Origin: Chloroflexota bacterium | GTDB lineage: Bacteria > Chloroflexota > UBA11872 > VXNJ01 | Reading direction: 5' to 3' | Length of the DNA: 64,000 nt | Assembly: GCA_965203015.1 (NCBI GenBank) | Contig: CBDBBM010000005.1 | Span: 93,631 to 157,630 of the forward strand | Shown: in pieces, positions 1 to 9,712 of the stretch | Position numbering within the stretch: position 1 is the stretch's first letter | How the letters are laid out: every line of letters starts with the position of its first letter | Made by a program: the position numbers and the translations under genes | The notes under the pieces: generated by a model | What the model was told of the DNA's origin: nothing | What the model saw: the letters and a program-made list of their open reading frames with translations, nothing else | Database searches by the model: none

Positions 1-385
1 TTCTCCGCGGGGTGCGGTTGGGAGCCGGACCCGGTTTTTGCGGCACTCGACGGCGGCTGGGTCGGCTTTCAGTTTCCGGCACGGTCATTCCTCCCGCGCC
101 GGCCCATGGCCCGCCCGGAACGGACGCTTTTCGCGGTTGCAGGTCACAACGGCGGTGCCGTTCCACGGATCGACTTCCATTGTTCCATCCTCAATTTCCG
201 ACTCGATTGCGGTTGCATCAATGAACGCTGGCCAGCATATCGGACATTACGCAATGCGCAGCGCAAAACAGACTGCGCGCGGCATTTGAAAACCAGGCGT
301 GACCGCGCCGCATCCGTGGACACTATCCGCCCATTCAAACGGGACCGGGGATTGCAGCATTTATCAATAATGGTCAAACTGCAAA

Positions 386-1544
386 TTGAATGGATGTTTG
401 ACCGTGATTGACTGGCTCGGCATAGACCACCTGCTTGATCTCTCCGGGACCGAAGCCCTCGCGGGTTTCCTTACGCCGCTGGCGGTGTTTGCGGTGTTTT
501 TTCTGGCCCAGATAATCCTGCCCGCGCGCCGGGTCCCCGGTTACGTCGTTAACCCCGACACCGGCGAGCCGCGCAATTACCGGCTGAACGGCCTGCTTGT
601 TTTCGGAATCGCCGTGGTCGTTTGGGCGTTTGAACTTACCGGCATGCCGCGCGACTGGTTCTACCGCTCGGCAATTTACGCGGTGGCCGGCGGGACGGTG
701 TTCTGCCTGCTTTTTTCGTTGTTTGCAGTCTTCAGTCAGCCGCAGGGCGAGATCAAGAACTCGTTCCTGGCCTTGTGGGAAGGACGCGCTCTCGAGCTGC
801 CCTTCTTCAACGAACGCTTCGACGTGAAGATGTACCTCTACGTGGTCGGCGGGACGATGCTCGTGCTCAACGCCCTTTCCGGCGCGGCCTACCACTACCA
901 GCTCTTCGGCGATGATTCCAACCCCGGCGTTTTTCTCTACACGGCATTCTTCACGTTCTACATATTCGATTACATGGTCTTTGAGCGAGTCCAGCTCTAC
1001 ACCTACGACCTGATCCATGAGATGCTCGGTTTCAAGCTCATCTGGGGCGGGCTGATCATCTACGGGCTGGCTTTACATACTGCCGCTCTGGGGCATGGCG
1101 GTCCATCCCGATCCCGGGTTTTCGACGGCCTGGACTTACCTCTGGCTGATCGGGGCCACGGTCCTGTTTCTGTTTGGCTGGAGTTTTTCCCGCGGCGGGA
1201 ACCTGCAGAAGTACTGGTTCAAACGCTGGCCGGAGAGAAAGTTCCTGGGCATCATCGAGCCCGAGTACATCCAGGCCGGCGACCGCAGGATCCTGTGCAG
1301 CGGATTCTGGGGCCTCGCTCGCCATTTCAATTACCTGGGCGAGGGAATCATCTGCATTTCGATCGGCCTGGTGTTCGGGCATTTTGCCAACCCCTGGGCC
1401 TGGACCTACCTGGTATTCATAGTGTCTCTGTTCACCTGGCGTCAGCGCCTGGACGATAAGGTCTGCGCCGAGAAATACGGCGCGCAGAAATGGGCCGAAT
1501 ACCAGGCAAGGGTCAAGTACCGGATTATCCCGGGCATCTACTAG
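386..1544 (+). pseudogene. Sterol reductase family protein (ERG4/ERG24/7-dehydrocholesterol reductase-like), frameshifted copy
   Basis: ORF 386..1459 (N-terminal part) and ORF 1095..1544 (C-terminal part) both align residue by residue to the intact downstream paralog (1748..2887). The shift maps to the GGG run at 1064-1066: the paralog reads tac-ggc-tgg (YGW), here tac-ggg-ctgg. The C-terminal part carries LCSGFWGLARHFNYLGE and the ...YRIIPGIY tail typical of sterol reductases. Likely true start is the GTG at 404 (VIDWLG, matching MTDWLG of the paralog). Could also be a homopolymer sequencing error. Confidence 0.6.
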
Positions 1545-1747
1545 CGAGACCCCCGATGAATCGGATGGGGCCATGGTCGGGGCCGGCCAAGGGTTGACGT
1601 CGAGTTCGTGCCGCGCATCTACCTGCGCCCGCATCGGTCAAGGGCTCCGGAATTGGATTCGGTCTACTGCCAAGGTGCCTACCCGGGGTCAGTTTGGCGC
1701 GGGCCTGGAGGGCAAACGCTGCTTGGGTGGGATCGGCCTGGTGATCC

Positions 1748-2887
1748 GTGACCGATTGGCTCGGAATAGGCCACCTGCTTGAGCTTTCCGCGCCGGAGGC
1801 CGCAGCCGGATTCTTCACGCCACTGGCGATCTTCGCCGCGTTTTTCCTGGCCCAGTTGGTCCTCCCGGGCGTACGCGTGCCCGGTTACGTCGTCGACTCA
1901 CGCACCGGGCAGACCCGCAGGTACCGCCTGAACGGCATCCTGGTGTTTGCCATCGCCCTGGCGGTTTGGGCGTTGGAACTGACCGGCATGCCGCGCGACT
2001 GGTTCTACAGGTCCTCGATCTTCGCCGTGGCCGGCGGGACGGTCTTTACGGCGATCTTTACCGCCATCGCGGTTCTCACCCGGCCGGCGGATTCGTCAAA
2101 AGGGCTGCTGGAGGCGCTGTGGGTGGGGCGGGTCCGGGAACTGTCCTTCTTCAACCACCGCCTGGACCTGAAGATGTATTTCTATGTCGTCGGCGGGACG
2201 ATGCTGTCGCTCAACGCCCTCTCCGGGGCCGCCTACCACCACGGGCGATTCGGCGACGCGTTCAATCCCGGAGTTTTCCTGTACGCGGGGTTCCTGACGT
2301 TCTACGTGCTGGACTACTTCGTATTCGAACGGGTCCAGCTCTACACCTTCGATGTGATCCACGAAAAGCTGGGATTCAAGATGTTCTGGGGCGGCATGGT
2401 GGTCTTCGGGTGGTTGTTCATCCTCCCTTTGTGGGGCATGGCCGCGTACCCGAACCCCGAATTCCCATCACCGTGGGGGTATGCATGGCTTGTCGGGGCG
2501 CCCGTGTTGTACCTGATCGGAAACGGGATTGCGCGGGTCACCAACATGCAGAAATACACGTTCAAGCGCTGGCCTGAACGCAAATTCCTTGGAATCTTCG
2601 AGCCCGAGTACATCCAGGCCGGCGACCGCAAGATCCTCTGCAGTGGATTCTGGGGCCTGGCCCGCCACCTAAATTACCTGGGTGAGCTGCTGATGTCCAT
2701 AGCGATCGTGCTGGTATTTGGCTATTTCACCAACCCCTGGGCGTGGATCTATCTTGTCTACGTGGTGACGCTGTTTACCATTCGCCAACGTGAAGACGAT
2801 CGCTACTGCGCCGCCAAGTACGGTGAAGAAAAATGGGCCGAGTACCAGGCGAGGGTGCGCTACCGGATCATTCCGGGAATCTACTGA
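1748..2887 (+). CDS. Sterol reductase family protein (ERG4/ERG24/7-DHCR-like), intact paralog
   Basis: 379 aa polytopic membrane protein. C-terminal LCSGFWGLARHLNYLGE motif and DDRYCAAKYGEEKWAEYQARVRYRIIPGIY tail resemble eukaryotic DHCR7/TM7SF2/LBR C-termini (from memory). GTG start. Confidence 0.75.
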   Translation: MTDWLGIGHLLELSAPEAAAGFFTPLAIFAAFFLAQLVLPGVRVPGYVVDSRTGQTRRYRLNGILVFAIALAVWALELTGMPRDWFYRSSIFAVAGGTVFTAIFTAIAVLTRPADSSKGLLEALWVGRVRELSFFNHRLDLKMYFYVVGGTMLSLNALSGAAYHHGRFGDAFNPGVFLYAGFLTFYVLDYFVFERVQLYTFDVIHEKLGFKMFWGGMVVFGWLFILPLWGMAAYPNPEFPSPWGYAWLVGAPVLYLIGNGIARVTNMQKYTFKRWPERKFLGIFEPEYIQAGDRKILCSGFWGLARHLNYLGELLMSIAIVLVFGYFTNPWAWIYLVYVVTLFTIRQREDDRYCAAKYGEEKWAEYQARVRYRIIPGIY

Positions 2888-2893
2888 AGGAAC

Positions 2894-3283
2894 TCAATAA
2901 ACCCTGGCGTCGGGACGTCCGGATTCGATGCCTTGATCGGCAAACACCTCGCTGTTCAAATCAAACGGCGGGACATGGACAAGGAAAAGATCCACCCGGT
3001 CATCGCTGGCGTTGCGGTAGCTGAACCACTCGTTGCGCTGGACCACCAGCAGGTCCAGCGGGCTTAGCTGGATTTGTTCTCCATTGACCTCGAATGTCGG
3101 CTTACCACGGAAACATATGTAAAGTTTGTCGCTCCGGGTCGATTTCGCCGCGGCATGGGATGCTCCCGGCGCGACCTCGATATGGGCGACTGAAGCCGAA
3201 GCCAGGAAGTGAGGAATCAAGTCCCTCACGCCAAGGCCTCCGAAGTCAACTGGGGTCACGCTAAGGCTGCTGACGTATTTCAT
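2894..3283 (-). CDS. Cupin domain protein
   Basis: 129 aa. Small beta-barrel-like sequence with His-containing cupin-like motifs. Family-level call only. Confidence 0.45.
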   Translation of the reverse strand: MKYVSSLSVTPVDFGGLGVRDLIPHFLASASVAHIEVAPGASHAAAKSTRSDKLYICFRGKPTFEVNGEQIQLSPLDLLVVQRNEWFSYRNASDDRVDLFLVHVPPFDLNSEVFADQGIESGRPDARVY

Positions 3284-3507
3284 CGCCCATCCCTGAAGTC
3301 CGAATCAACATGACGGCACCGCCGCGCCGATATGGCCGGAGACTTGGCGCAAGCGCGCCGCCGCAAATCCAACTCTCCGGCGCCGGGCTTTTGTTCCAAA
3401 TCAATTGGGCGGCTGCCAAATGGCGCCGAAAGTTGAGTTTGCCCAATTGTTCAGCAACGCGGTTCCACGGACAATCGAGAGCCTGCCCGCTTGCCGATTC
3501 GGCGAAT

Positions 3508-4992
3508 TCAGGTTCCGGTGATGATCTCCAGGACCTCCGCGTCCATTCCACGCAGCGTCTCGTCAACCGAGAGTTCTCCGAGAGCGGCTTTTTCGACCCA
3601 CCGGCTCATCGCCGGCTGGACGTCGAAGTGTTCGGGCACGACCTTGCGCGTCTCGCCGAATTGCACGTTTGCGGCGTAGGTCCGATAGGGTTCGGATTGA
3701 TAGAGGTCGTATCCTTCCATTGCGTACCGGCAAGGCATGGAGCGGTCACCCAGCACGTTGATCTCGTAGTTTGGACCGGGGGATGCGAAGTATTTGAGGG
3801 TTTCAAACACCGCATCGGGGTTCCTCGTGAGCTTCCAGGGCATGTATTTGTCGACGTAGAGCTGCATCACCCGCCGTTCGGGGCCTTGCAGCGGCGGGGC
3901 GACTTCCAGATCGTCGAAGACTGCTCCGGCGTTCGTTTCGCAGTTGCCGACGTTTCCCGGCCAAAGCTGCTGAATGGCCACCCGGCCGGCGCAGAAGGCG
4001 TGCAGGTTGGGGACCCGGGAATCGATGCCCTCCCTGGGCATAGAGCCATCCTGCAACCCGTGGCGCACGTGCTGGGCGAGCGCCATTCGGCCGGCCGGAG
4101 TGTCGTTTGACGGCTTGGTCAGGTCTTCGTTGAAGGTGCCTCCGCCGGCTTGGCGCAGCCAGTCTTCGTAGACCTGGGTATGGTGCTGGAGGTTGAATCC
4201 GGCCTGCTCGAATGTGTCGCCGTCGCGGACGGTGAGCTTCGGGGCCAGCTCGTTGAGCTCCTCCCAGGTGCCGGGTGGTTCGGGGGCTAGCCCGGCCCTT
4301 TCAAACATCGAGGGGCGAAACACCACCGAACCGCGGTAGTTCGTGCGGTATGGAATACCCATGACATGGCCGTCGTAGGAAACGTCTTCGCGAACGCCCG
4401 GATAGAAGTCCTCCCATTCGTCCCAGGAGGCCACGTAATCGTCCAGTTCAAGCACCTGGCCTTTCGCCGCAAGCACGGGAGTCCACAACCCGCCGCCGTA
4501 CCAGATGTCAGGCGCACCCTGGCCGGCCGGCGTCCTGGGCCAGACGGTGATCCCGGTCAGCTTGAAGAATTCCACGATCGCGGCCCGCACGGCACCCTCA
4601 CCGGCGGGATTTAGGCCGCCGAACCGGAACGAAATCTCAACTCCATCGAACGGTCGCGGTGGCGGTGCGATCGGGCGTACCGGGGCCACGACTTCTTCGG
4701 GCGGCAGATCCGATGGCGATTGGCCATCCCTCCATGCGAACACGCTCCGCTCGGTGCCGCCAGAAAACGCGTCGACCGGTTCAGGAGCCGTCCGACCGCA
4801 CGCGGACAACAGGGCCAACGAACCCAACCCGATCACCGACGCAATCGCGGCGCGGCGCGAGAGCAGGCGGCCGCCCAGGACACAGCGCCCGGACGATTGC
4901 GTCCCCGCACGGGAACTGGCCGTCCGTCCCATTCCATCAAACCGCATGCAATATCCCCTGAATTTTTCACGCAACGAAGGCACCGTCTCCAC
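3508..4992 (-). CDS. ABC transporter extracellular solute-binding protein (family 1), TAT/lipoprotein signal
   Basis: N-terminal LSRRAAIASVIGLGSLALLSACG combines a twin-arginine motif with a lipobox Cys. Mature part is SBP-like. Start uncertain (M at 4992, 4947 or 4932). No cognate permeases adjacent. Confidence 0.65.
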   Translation of the reverse strand: METVPSLREKFRGYCMRFDGMGRTASSRAGTQSSGRCVLGGRLLSRRAAIASVIGLGSLALLSACGRTAPEPVDAFSGGTERSVFAWRDGQSPSDLPPEEVVAPVRPIAPPPRPFDGVEISFRFGGLNPAGEGAVRAAIVEFFKLTGITVWPRTPAGQGAPDIWYGGGLWTPVLAAKGQVLELDDYVASWDEWEDFYPGVREDVSYDGHVMGIPYRTNYRGSVVFRPSMFERAGLAPEPPGTWEELNELAPKLTVRDGDTFEQAGFNLQHHTQVYEDWLRQAGGGTFNEDLTKPSNDTPAGRMALAQHVRHGLQDGSMPREGIDSRVPNLHAFCAGRVAIQQLWPGNVGNCETNAGAVFDDLEVAPPLQGPERRVMQLYVDKYMPWKLTRNPDAVFETLKYFASPGPNYEINVLGDRSMPCRYAMEGYDLYQSEPYRTYAANVQFGETRKVVPEHFDVQPAMSRWVEKAALGELSVDETLRGMDAEVLEIITGT

Positions 4993-5142
4993 CCAGCGGC
5001 GGAAATTGCGGCAGCGTCAGGCAACGCTGCAAGGACATCGCCGCCGCGATCGAGGCCGCGCCGCCAATACGTGCCATTCCAGTCCGTCCAGTGCCTGGCG
5101 GAGGACTTGGAACCGGCACCATCCATAACAGGGTGACGCGGC

Positions 5143-5166
5143 AACATATGCACTTTACCATATGTT
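5143..5166. promoter_or_regulatory. Inverted repeat AACATATG-n8-CATATGTT in AT-rich divergent intergenic region (SBP gene vs vWA gene)
   Basis: Seen in sequence. Confidence 0.35.
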
Positions 5167-5541
5167 TTATGTGTTCCATTGCGTAAAGCTCTACACATTC
5201 TTCGTATCCTTGGCAATTCCCATAATCTGTTTTTCGCGACTCGCGCTTTATGTATCATGTTGCTACCTGCGCTGTCGTGACGTTGGGTCCGCGAAGCGCC
5301 GGTCTTTTCATATGGCCCCCTCTGGCGAGGGTGTCATGAAATGCCAGGTTTCACCGGATCGTTCAGCGATTTCTTGACTGGATTCGTCAGTGGACATATG
5401 CGACCCGATTGATGGTGAAACGAATATGTGGGTTCCATGCCGGGATCCCGTTGTCGAAAACGACGATCACGCGGGCGCCGAATCCACCATCGCACGTCCC
5501 ACCGGGACGGCCACCGAAACAACACAAAGGACTGCGGACAA

Positions 5542-7407
5542 ATGAAGCAGCGCGTCAAAAAGATTTGGGCAAGCAAGTCGGTTGCGATTCCCCTGGCTAC
5601 GGTTCTGGCCGCAACCATCGCGGTGGTTGTCTTTTCGACCTTCAACCGCGCCGGCGAAACCGCAGTTGAGCATCGGTTGACGCCGAGCGAGGCCATGGAA
5701 TTGGGCGCGCCGCCGGCACCGGCGCCCGTCAGTCCGCGGGAAGTCGAGCGGCGGCCGGAGCCGCGACCGGTTCCATCGGCCCAGGTCGAAGCTGACGCCA
5801 GGATCCTGGCCGGGCAGCTCGAAAACGTATCCATCGGTGGAGATGATTGGGCGGCCAGTTTCCAGCAAGCCGGCTCGACTTCCCGGTGGAGGGCACCCGC
5901 CGCGCCGGCCCAAGGATCCGGCTCCAAATCTCGGCGAACTGCCCCGGCCGCCGGGTCAAGCGCAGGGACCGCGACCGCAACTCCGGCGGCGACCAACTTT
6001 CGCGACTATCTGCGCACCCGCGCGGTCTCGACCGATGCTGATGCGGTTTCCACCTTCAGCCTGGACACGGATCGCACGTCCTTCCAGCTGGCGCTGAACT
6101 GGGTCAACTCCGGATATGCCGTAGAGCCGGATTCGGTACGTGCCGAGGAGTGGATCAACGCATTCGACTACCAATACGATCAACCGCTGCGCCGTGACAG
6201 CTTCGCCGTTACCAGCGCGTTGGTTGAACACCCGCTCAGGCAAGGCCAGTACCTGGCCAGATTGGCATTTCAAGCGCCCAAGATCGAAGACGATTCGCCG
6301 ATCAACGTGACCCTGGTCATGGACGCTTCGGGGTCAATGGGCGAAGGTAACCGTATCGCCATCGCCCACGCCGCCGCGGAGGCCATCCGCCGCAGCCTCA
6401 GGCCGCAGGACCGCATCGCGGTCGTGCAGTTCTCCAACGAGGTGATCAGCGAGCTGACGGTCGAGCATGCCGACCCCAGCGCCTATCAAGTGATCAGCGC
6501 CATTGAAGCGCTGCAGCCGCGCAATATGACCAATGTTCAGGCCGGACTCGACCTCGGGGTGCGGCTGGCCGATCAGGCCCGGCGCGAGCGACCCGACGCG
6601 TACAACTACTTGATCCTGTTCTCAGACGGTGTGGCCAACGTCGATGCCACCGATCCGTTCGGAATACTGGAGAGCGTTGGCGGGGATGCGGGCGACAACC
6701 CGCTGCGGCTCATCACAATCGGGGTCGGGGTCGAGAACTTCAACGATTACCTGCTCGAGCAGCTTGCCCAGCACGGCAACGGCTGGTACCGCTACCTTGC
6801 CGACGTTGAGCAGGCCCGCACCACGTTTGCGCGCGACAACTGGCTGGCGATCTCGATTCCGTTTGCCGACCAAGCGCGGGCCCAGGTCAGCTGGGACGAG
6901 GACGCGGTGCGGTCTTGGCGGCTGATCGGTTATGAAAACCGGATTGCTGACGATGCCGCATTTACCCAGGCCCGGCGCGAGTTCGCCGAAATCCCGGCCG
7001 GGTCCGCCACGACCGCCTTCTATGAGATCGAACTGGTGCGAACACCTCGGCCAGGTCAACGGCTGGGTGAAGTGGAGCTCCGGTGGAACACTCCGCTGTC
7101 GGGCGCGTCCAACCGGCAGCACGCGGCGATATTGGCCAATCCCGGCGGTGAGCGCCAAGACTCGGATGCGCTGCTGCGTTTCGGAGCAATCGTTGCTCTG
7201 GCTTCCGACCGCTACAGCAGCCTGCCGGATTCAAGTGCTGCAAACAGGCAGGTTTCGTCCGAGTTGGCGGCACTGCGTGACGAATTGCGCTACCTGGAAA
7301 ACCAACTCGGCGGGTCAAATGCGTACGCTGATTTCAAGTCCGTGCTCGGGCACCTTGCGGCGCTGCCGGCGTACAGCGAGTCGGCGCGCTCGGGATACAG
7401 TCCCTGA
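5542..7407 (+). CDS. von Willebrand factor type A domain protein, YfbK/DUF3520-like, N-terminal membrane anchor
   Basis: MKQRVKKIWASKSVAIPLATVLAATIAVVVF transmembrane anchor, Pro-rich linker, then LALNWVNSGYAVEPDSVRAEEWINAFDYQY followed by the MIDAS motif DASGSMGEGNRIA. Start taken at the ATG at 5542 inside longer ORF 5428..7407. Confidence 0.7.
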   Translation: MKQRVKKIWASKSVAIPLATVLAATIAVVVFSTFNRAGETAVEHRLTPSEAMELGAPPAPAPVSPREVERRPEPRPVPSAQVEADARILAGQLENVSIGGDDWAASFQQAGSTSRWRAPAAPAQGSGSKSRRTAPAAGSSAGTATATPAATNFRDYLRTRAVSTDADAVSTFSLDTDRTSFQLALNWVNSGYAVEPDSVRAEEWINAFDYQYDQPLRRDSFAVTSALVEHPLRQGQYLARLAFQAPKIEDDSPINVTLVMDASGSMGEGNRIAIAHAAAEAIRRSLRPQDRIAVVQFSNEVISELTVEHADPSAYQVISAIEALQPRNMTNVQAGLDLGVRLADQARRERPDAYNYLILFSDGVANVDATDPFGILESVGGDAGDNPLRLITIGVGVENFNDYLLEQLAQHGNGWYRYLADVEQARTTFARDNWLAISIPFADQARAQVSWDEDAVRSWRLIGYENRIADDAAFTQARREFAEIPAGSATTAFYEIELVRTPRPGQRLGEVELRWNTPLSGASNRQHAAILANPGGERQDSDALLRFGAIVALASDRYSSLPDSSAANRQVSSELAALRDELRYLENQLGGSNAYADFKSVLGHLAALPAYSESARSGYSP

Positions 7408-8171
7408 ACGGTAGTTAACCCACCGGCGAGCACTCCCCGGCGGCCGCGGCTTCCAGGGAGGCCGGCAAGCCGGCCCAATGCTGCCGTCGCCTTACGGGAA
7501 GGGGCCTGATTGGCAATCCCGGCCAGGTTCCCCGACACCGAAAACCTATCGGCATCTCGGGAAAAATTCAATCCGCGGTGCGGAACTGCGCAGCCATTTG
7601 ATCGGTCGACTCGGGCGGTTCGATGCGTGCCGCAGGCGACTCGGACAACCAAACCCGAGCGTACTTCGGGGCCCGCGGGCGCAAACGGGCAACACCAATG
7701 ATTTGTGTAAACGCGCAACGGCCGACCGCGTGCAGCCGCCGCGGTCGTGCCCGGGGGGCTCATAGATCGGCGCGAACGATTCATGGGGGTTCGATTGGCC
7801 CGCCCCGTTACCGGGATTGACCGCCCGGTAAGAACGCGGCCGGACGATTCGACGCGGCAAAACCCCGCCCTGCACACGCCCGCGCGCCCAACATGCCGCA
7901 AGCCGAGGCGACGGTTTGGCACGAAACGTTCGCAATTCGAAATCCCACGTTACCGTTGATTGCAGCACCGCGACGGTGGCGCCGGCCAAAAATTGGCTAT
8001 CGGATCGCGATCGACCGATTGCGGGACGCCCTTCGTGCCCGCCGCCGGCCTCGACACGGGCCTGCCAGAAAAAACCAGCGAATCATTCGGGTGGCCCTCC
8101 GACCACATCCTCTTTCCAGCATCCGCGCAATAGCGTGGCTGCTGGTAGCCACTGTCCGCGCCCAGATTCGC

Positions 8172-8900
8172 ATGAGTCGGCGAAATATCGAGGATTTCGT
8201 CATGGTCATTACGCACCCGGTTTACACGCTGGTCTTCATGGCGGTGTTCGTTCACGTTGGGCGCACTGATCTTGCCCCCTACGCGATCGTCGCACCGCTG
8301 CTCATGGGCGTTTTCTCAATGGCGATTTTTGTGGCCAGCGAACTGGTGGCGCGCGAACGAGACGAGCAGGTCCTTGAGATTTCGGTGATCTGTCCGGCGC
8401 CATTTTGGGTGGTCATATTTGCCCGGATATTGGTAATCACGGCGATTTCGTTGGTCGGCGTCATCGAAAGTTGGGCGATTGTCCGGTTCGTTTTCGGCGT
8501 GAGCATTGAAATCCACCACGCCTGGTTATTCGCCGCGGTGATGACATTGACCGCGCTCGCGTCCGCGGGAACCGCTCTGATCGCCGCCGCTTTTTTCTGT
8601 CTGGCGTACGAGGTCAGGACATTCCAAAACTCGATCACCTTCCCGCTGTTCCTGTTTTCCGGAATCCTGGTTCCCGTTTCGGTTTTTCCAGACTGGCTGG
8701 AGCCGATAAGCCGAATCGTGTTCCTTTACTGGTCGGCAAGCCTGTTGCGGGACGCCATGCAACCCGGCCTACCACAAGGTGTATTGCTGGCTCTATTTGC
8801 GCTGCTGGGTCTGGGGTTCGGGTCGGTCCTTTTGGGAGGCGTATTGATCTCGCGAATGGTCGACCACCTCAGACGGGAGGGACGATTGGGGATCCTGTGA
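8172..8900 (+). CDS. ABC-2 type transporter permease
   Basis: Six predicted TM helices. Overlaps the next permease by GTGA. Start uncertain (the ORF opens at 7893 but upstream residues are not membrane-like). ATG at 8172. Confidence 0.6.
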   Translation: MSRRNIEDFVMVITHPVYTLVFMAVFVHVGRTDLAPYAIVAPLLMGVFSMAIFVASELVARERDEQVLEISVICPAPFWVVIFARILVITAISLVGVIESWAIVRFVFGVSIEIHHAWLFAAVMTLTALASAGTALIAAAFFCLAYEVRTFQNSITFPLFLFSGILVPVSVFPDWLEPISRIVFLYWSASLLRDAMQPGLPQGVLLALFALLGLGFGSVLLGGVLISRMVDHLRREGRLGIL

Positions 8901-9685
8901 ACGCCTTGCGCGCCTTCCGCTACAGCCTTTTCGTAGGGTCCAGGGATTTTTCCAACTTTTGGAACTGGAAAACCTGGTTCGCCGGTTGGATGGTCCAGAT
9001 GTTTGCTCAGGCGGCGTTCTTTTCACTTTTTGCCAGATTGTTCGATTCGCCCGAGCAGGAGCAATTCCTGTTGATCGGAAATGCGGTCGCGGTTGGAGCC
9101 GTTGCGGTCGCCTGGACCATTCCATCCATCACATGGGATCGAACTTTCGGCACATACCCACTGCTGGTGATCGCCCCGGCGAGCCTGGTTCCGGCAGTAA
9201 TCGGTCGTACCGCAATCTGGCTCGCAGCGGGCGCAGGGACAACGCTGGTGACATTTGCAATCATGGGATTCGTATTCGGCCTCGACTTGCCATGGCCCAA
9301 CACCCTTTTGATCGTGCCGCTGGTCATATTGACCTCAGCCAGCACCTATTGCATTTCGTTATTCCTGGGCACCCTGGCGATGCGGCAGCCCAGGGCGCGA
9401 CTATTGGTCCTCAATTTCGTTCTGATCGTTGCCAGGGCGTTCTGCGGAGTGAGCGTTCCGGTAGCGTTTTGGCCGGACCCCGTTCAAATCGTCGTCAGTT
9501 TCCTTCCGATAACGCACGGCCTGCGGGCGATTCGGCTGCTGCTTGCGGAAGCGCCGGCCGGTGAAATCCTGCACGCCGCTTCACTTGAGGCGGCGGTGGC
9601 GGTTGGCTGGGTCGTTTTGGCCGTCTTGCTCATGGATCGAATGGCCAATGCCGGCCGGAAGGACGGTTCAATTGAATTTGCGTGA
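8897..9685 (+). CDS. ABC-2 type transporter permease
   Basis: 262 aa, multi-TM, start N-terminus typical of ABC-2 permeases. GTG start overlapping the upstream stop. Confidence 0.65.
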   Translation: MNALRAFRYSLFVGSRDFSNFWNWKTWFAGWMVQMFAQAAFFSLFARLFDSPEQEQFLLIGNAVAVGAVAVAWTIPSITWDRTFGTYPLLVIAPASLVPAVIGRTAIWLAAGAGTTLVTFAIMGFVFGLDLPWPNTLLIVPLVILTSASTYCISLFLGTLAMRQPRARLLVLNFVLIVARAFCGVSVPVAFWPDPVQIVVSFLPITHGLRAIRLLLAEAPAGEILHAASLEAAVAVGWVVLAVLLMDRMANAGRKDGSIEFA

Positions 9686-9712
9686 ATCACGTGTAACCGG
9701 TCCGGGTGCGCC

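Noticed and set aside
1064-1066. Programmed +1/-1 ribosomal frameshift as explanation for split genes
   Set aside because: No slippery heptamer or downstream structure was noted. Three unrelated genes are affected, all at G/C homopolymers, which fits sequencing error or pseudogenisation better.
5162-5377. 71 aa ORF in AT-rich intergenic region
   Set aside because: Lies in a divergent promoter region. Hydrophobic, Cys-rich translation without homology features. More likely regulatory DNA.
7780-7830. tRNA-like T-loop (GGGGGTTCGATTGGCCC)
   Set aside because: The flanking sequence does not form a complementary T-stem or an acceptor stem. No tRNA, rRNA or CRISPR repeat array was found anywhere in the window.
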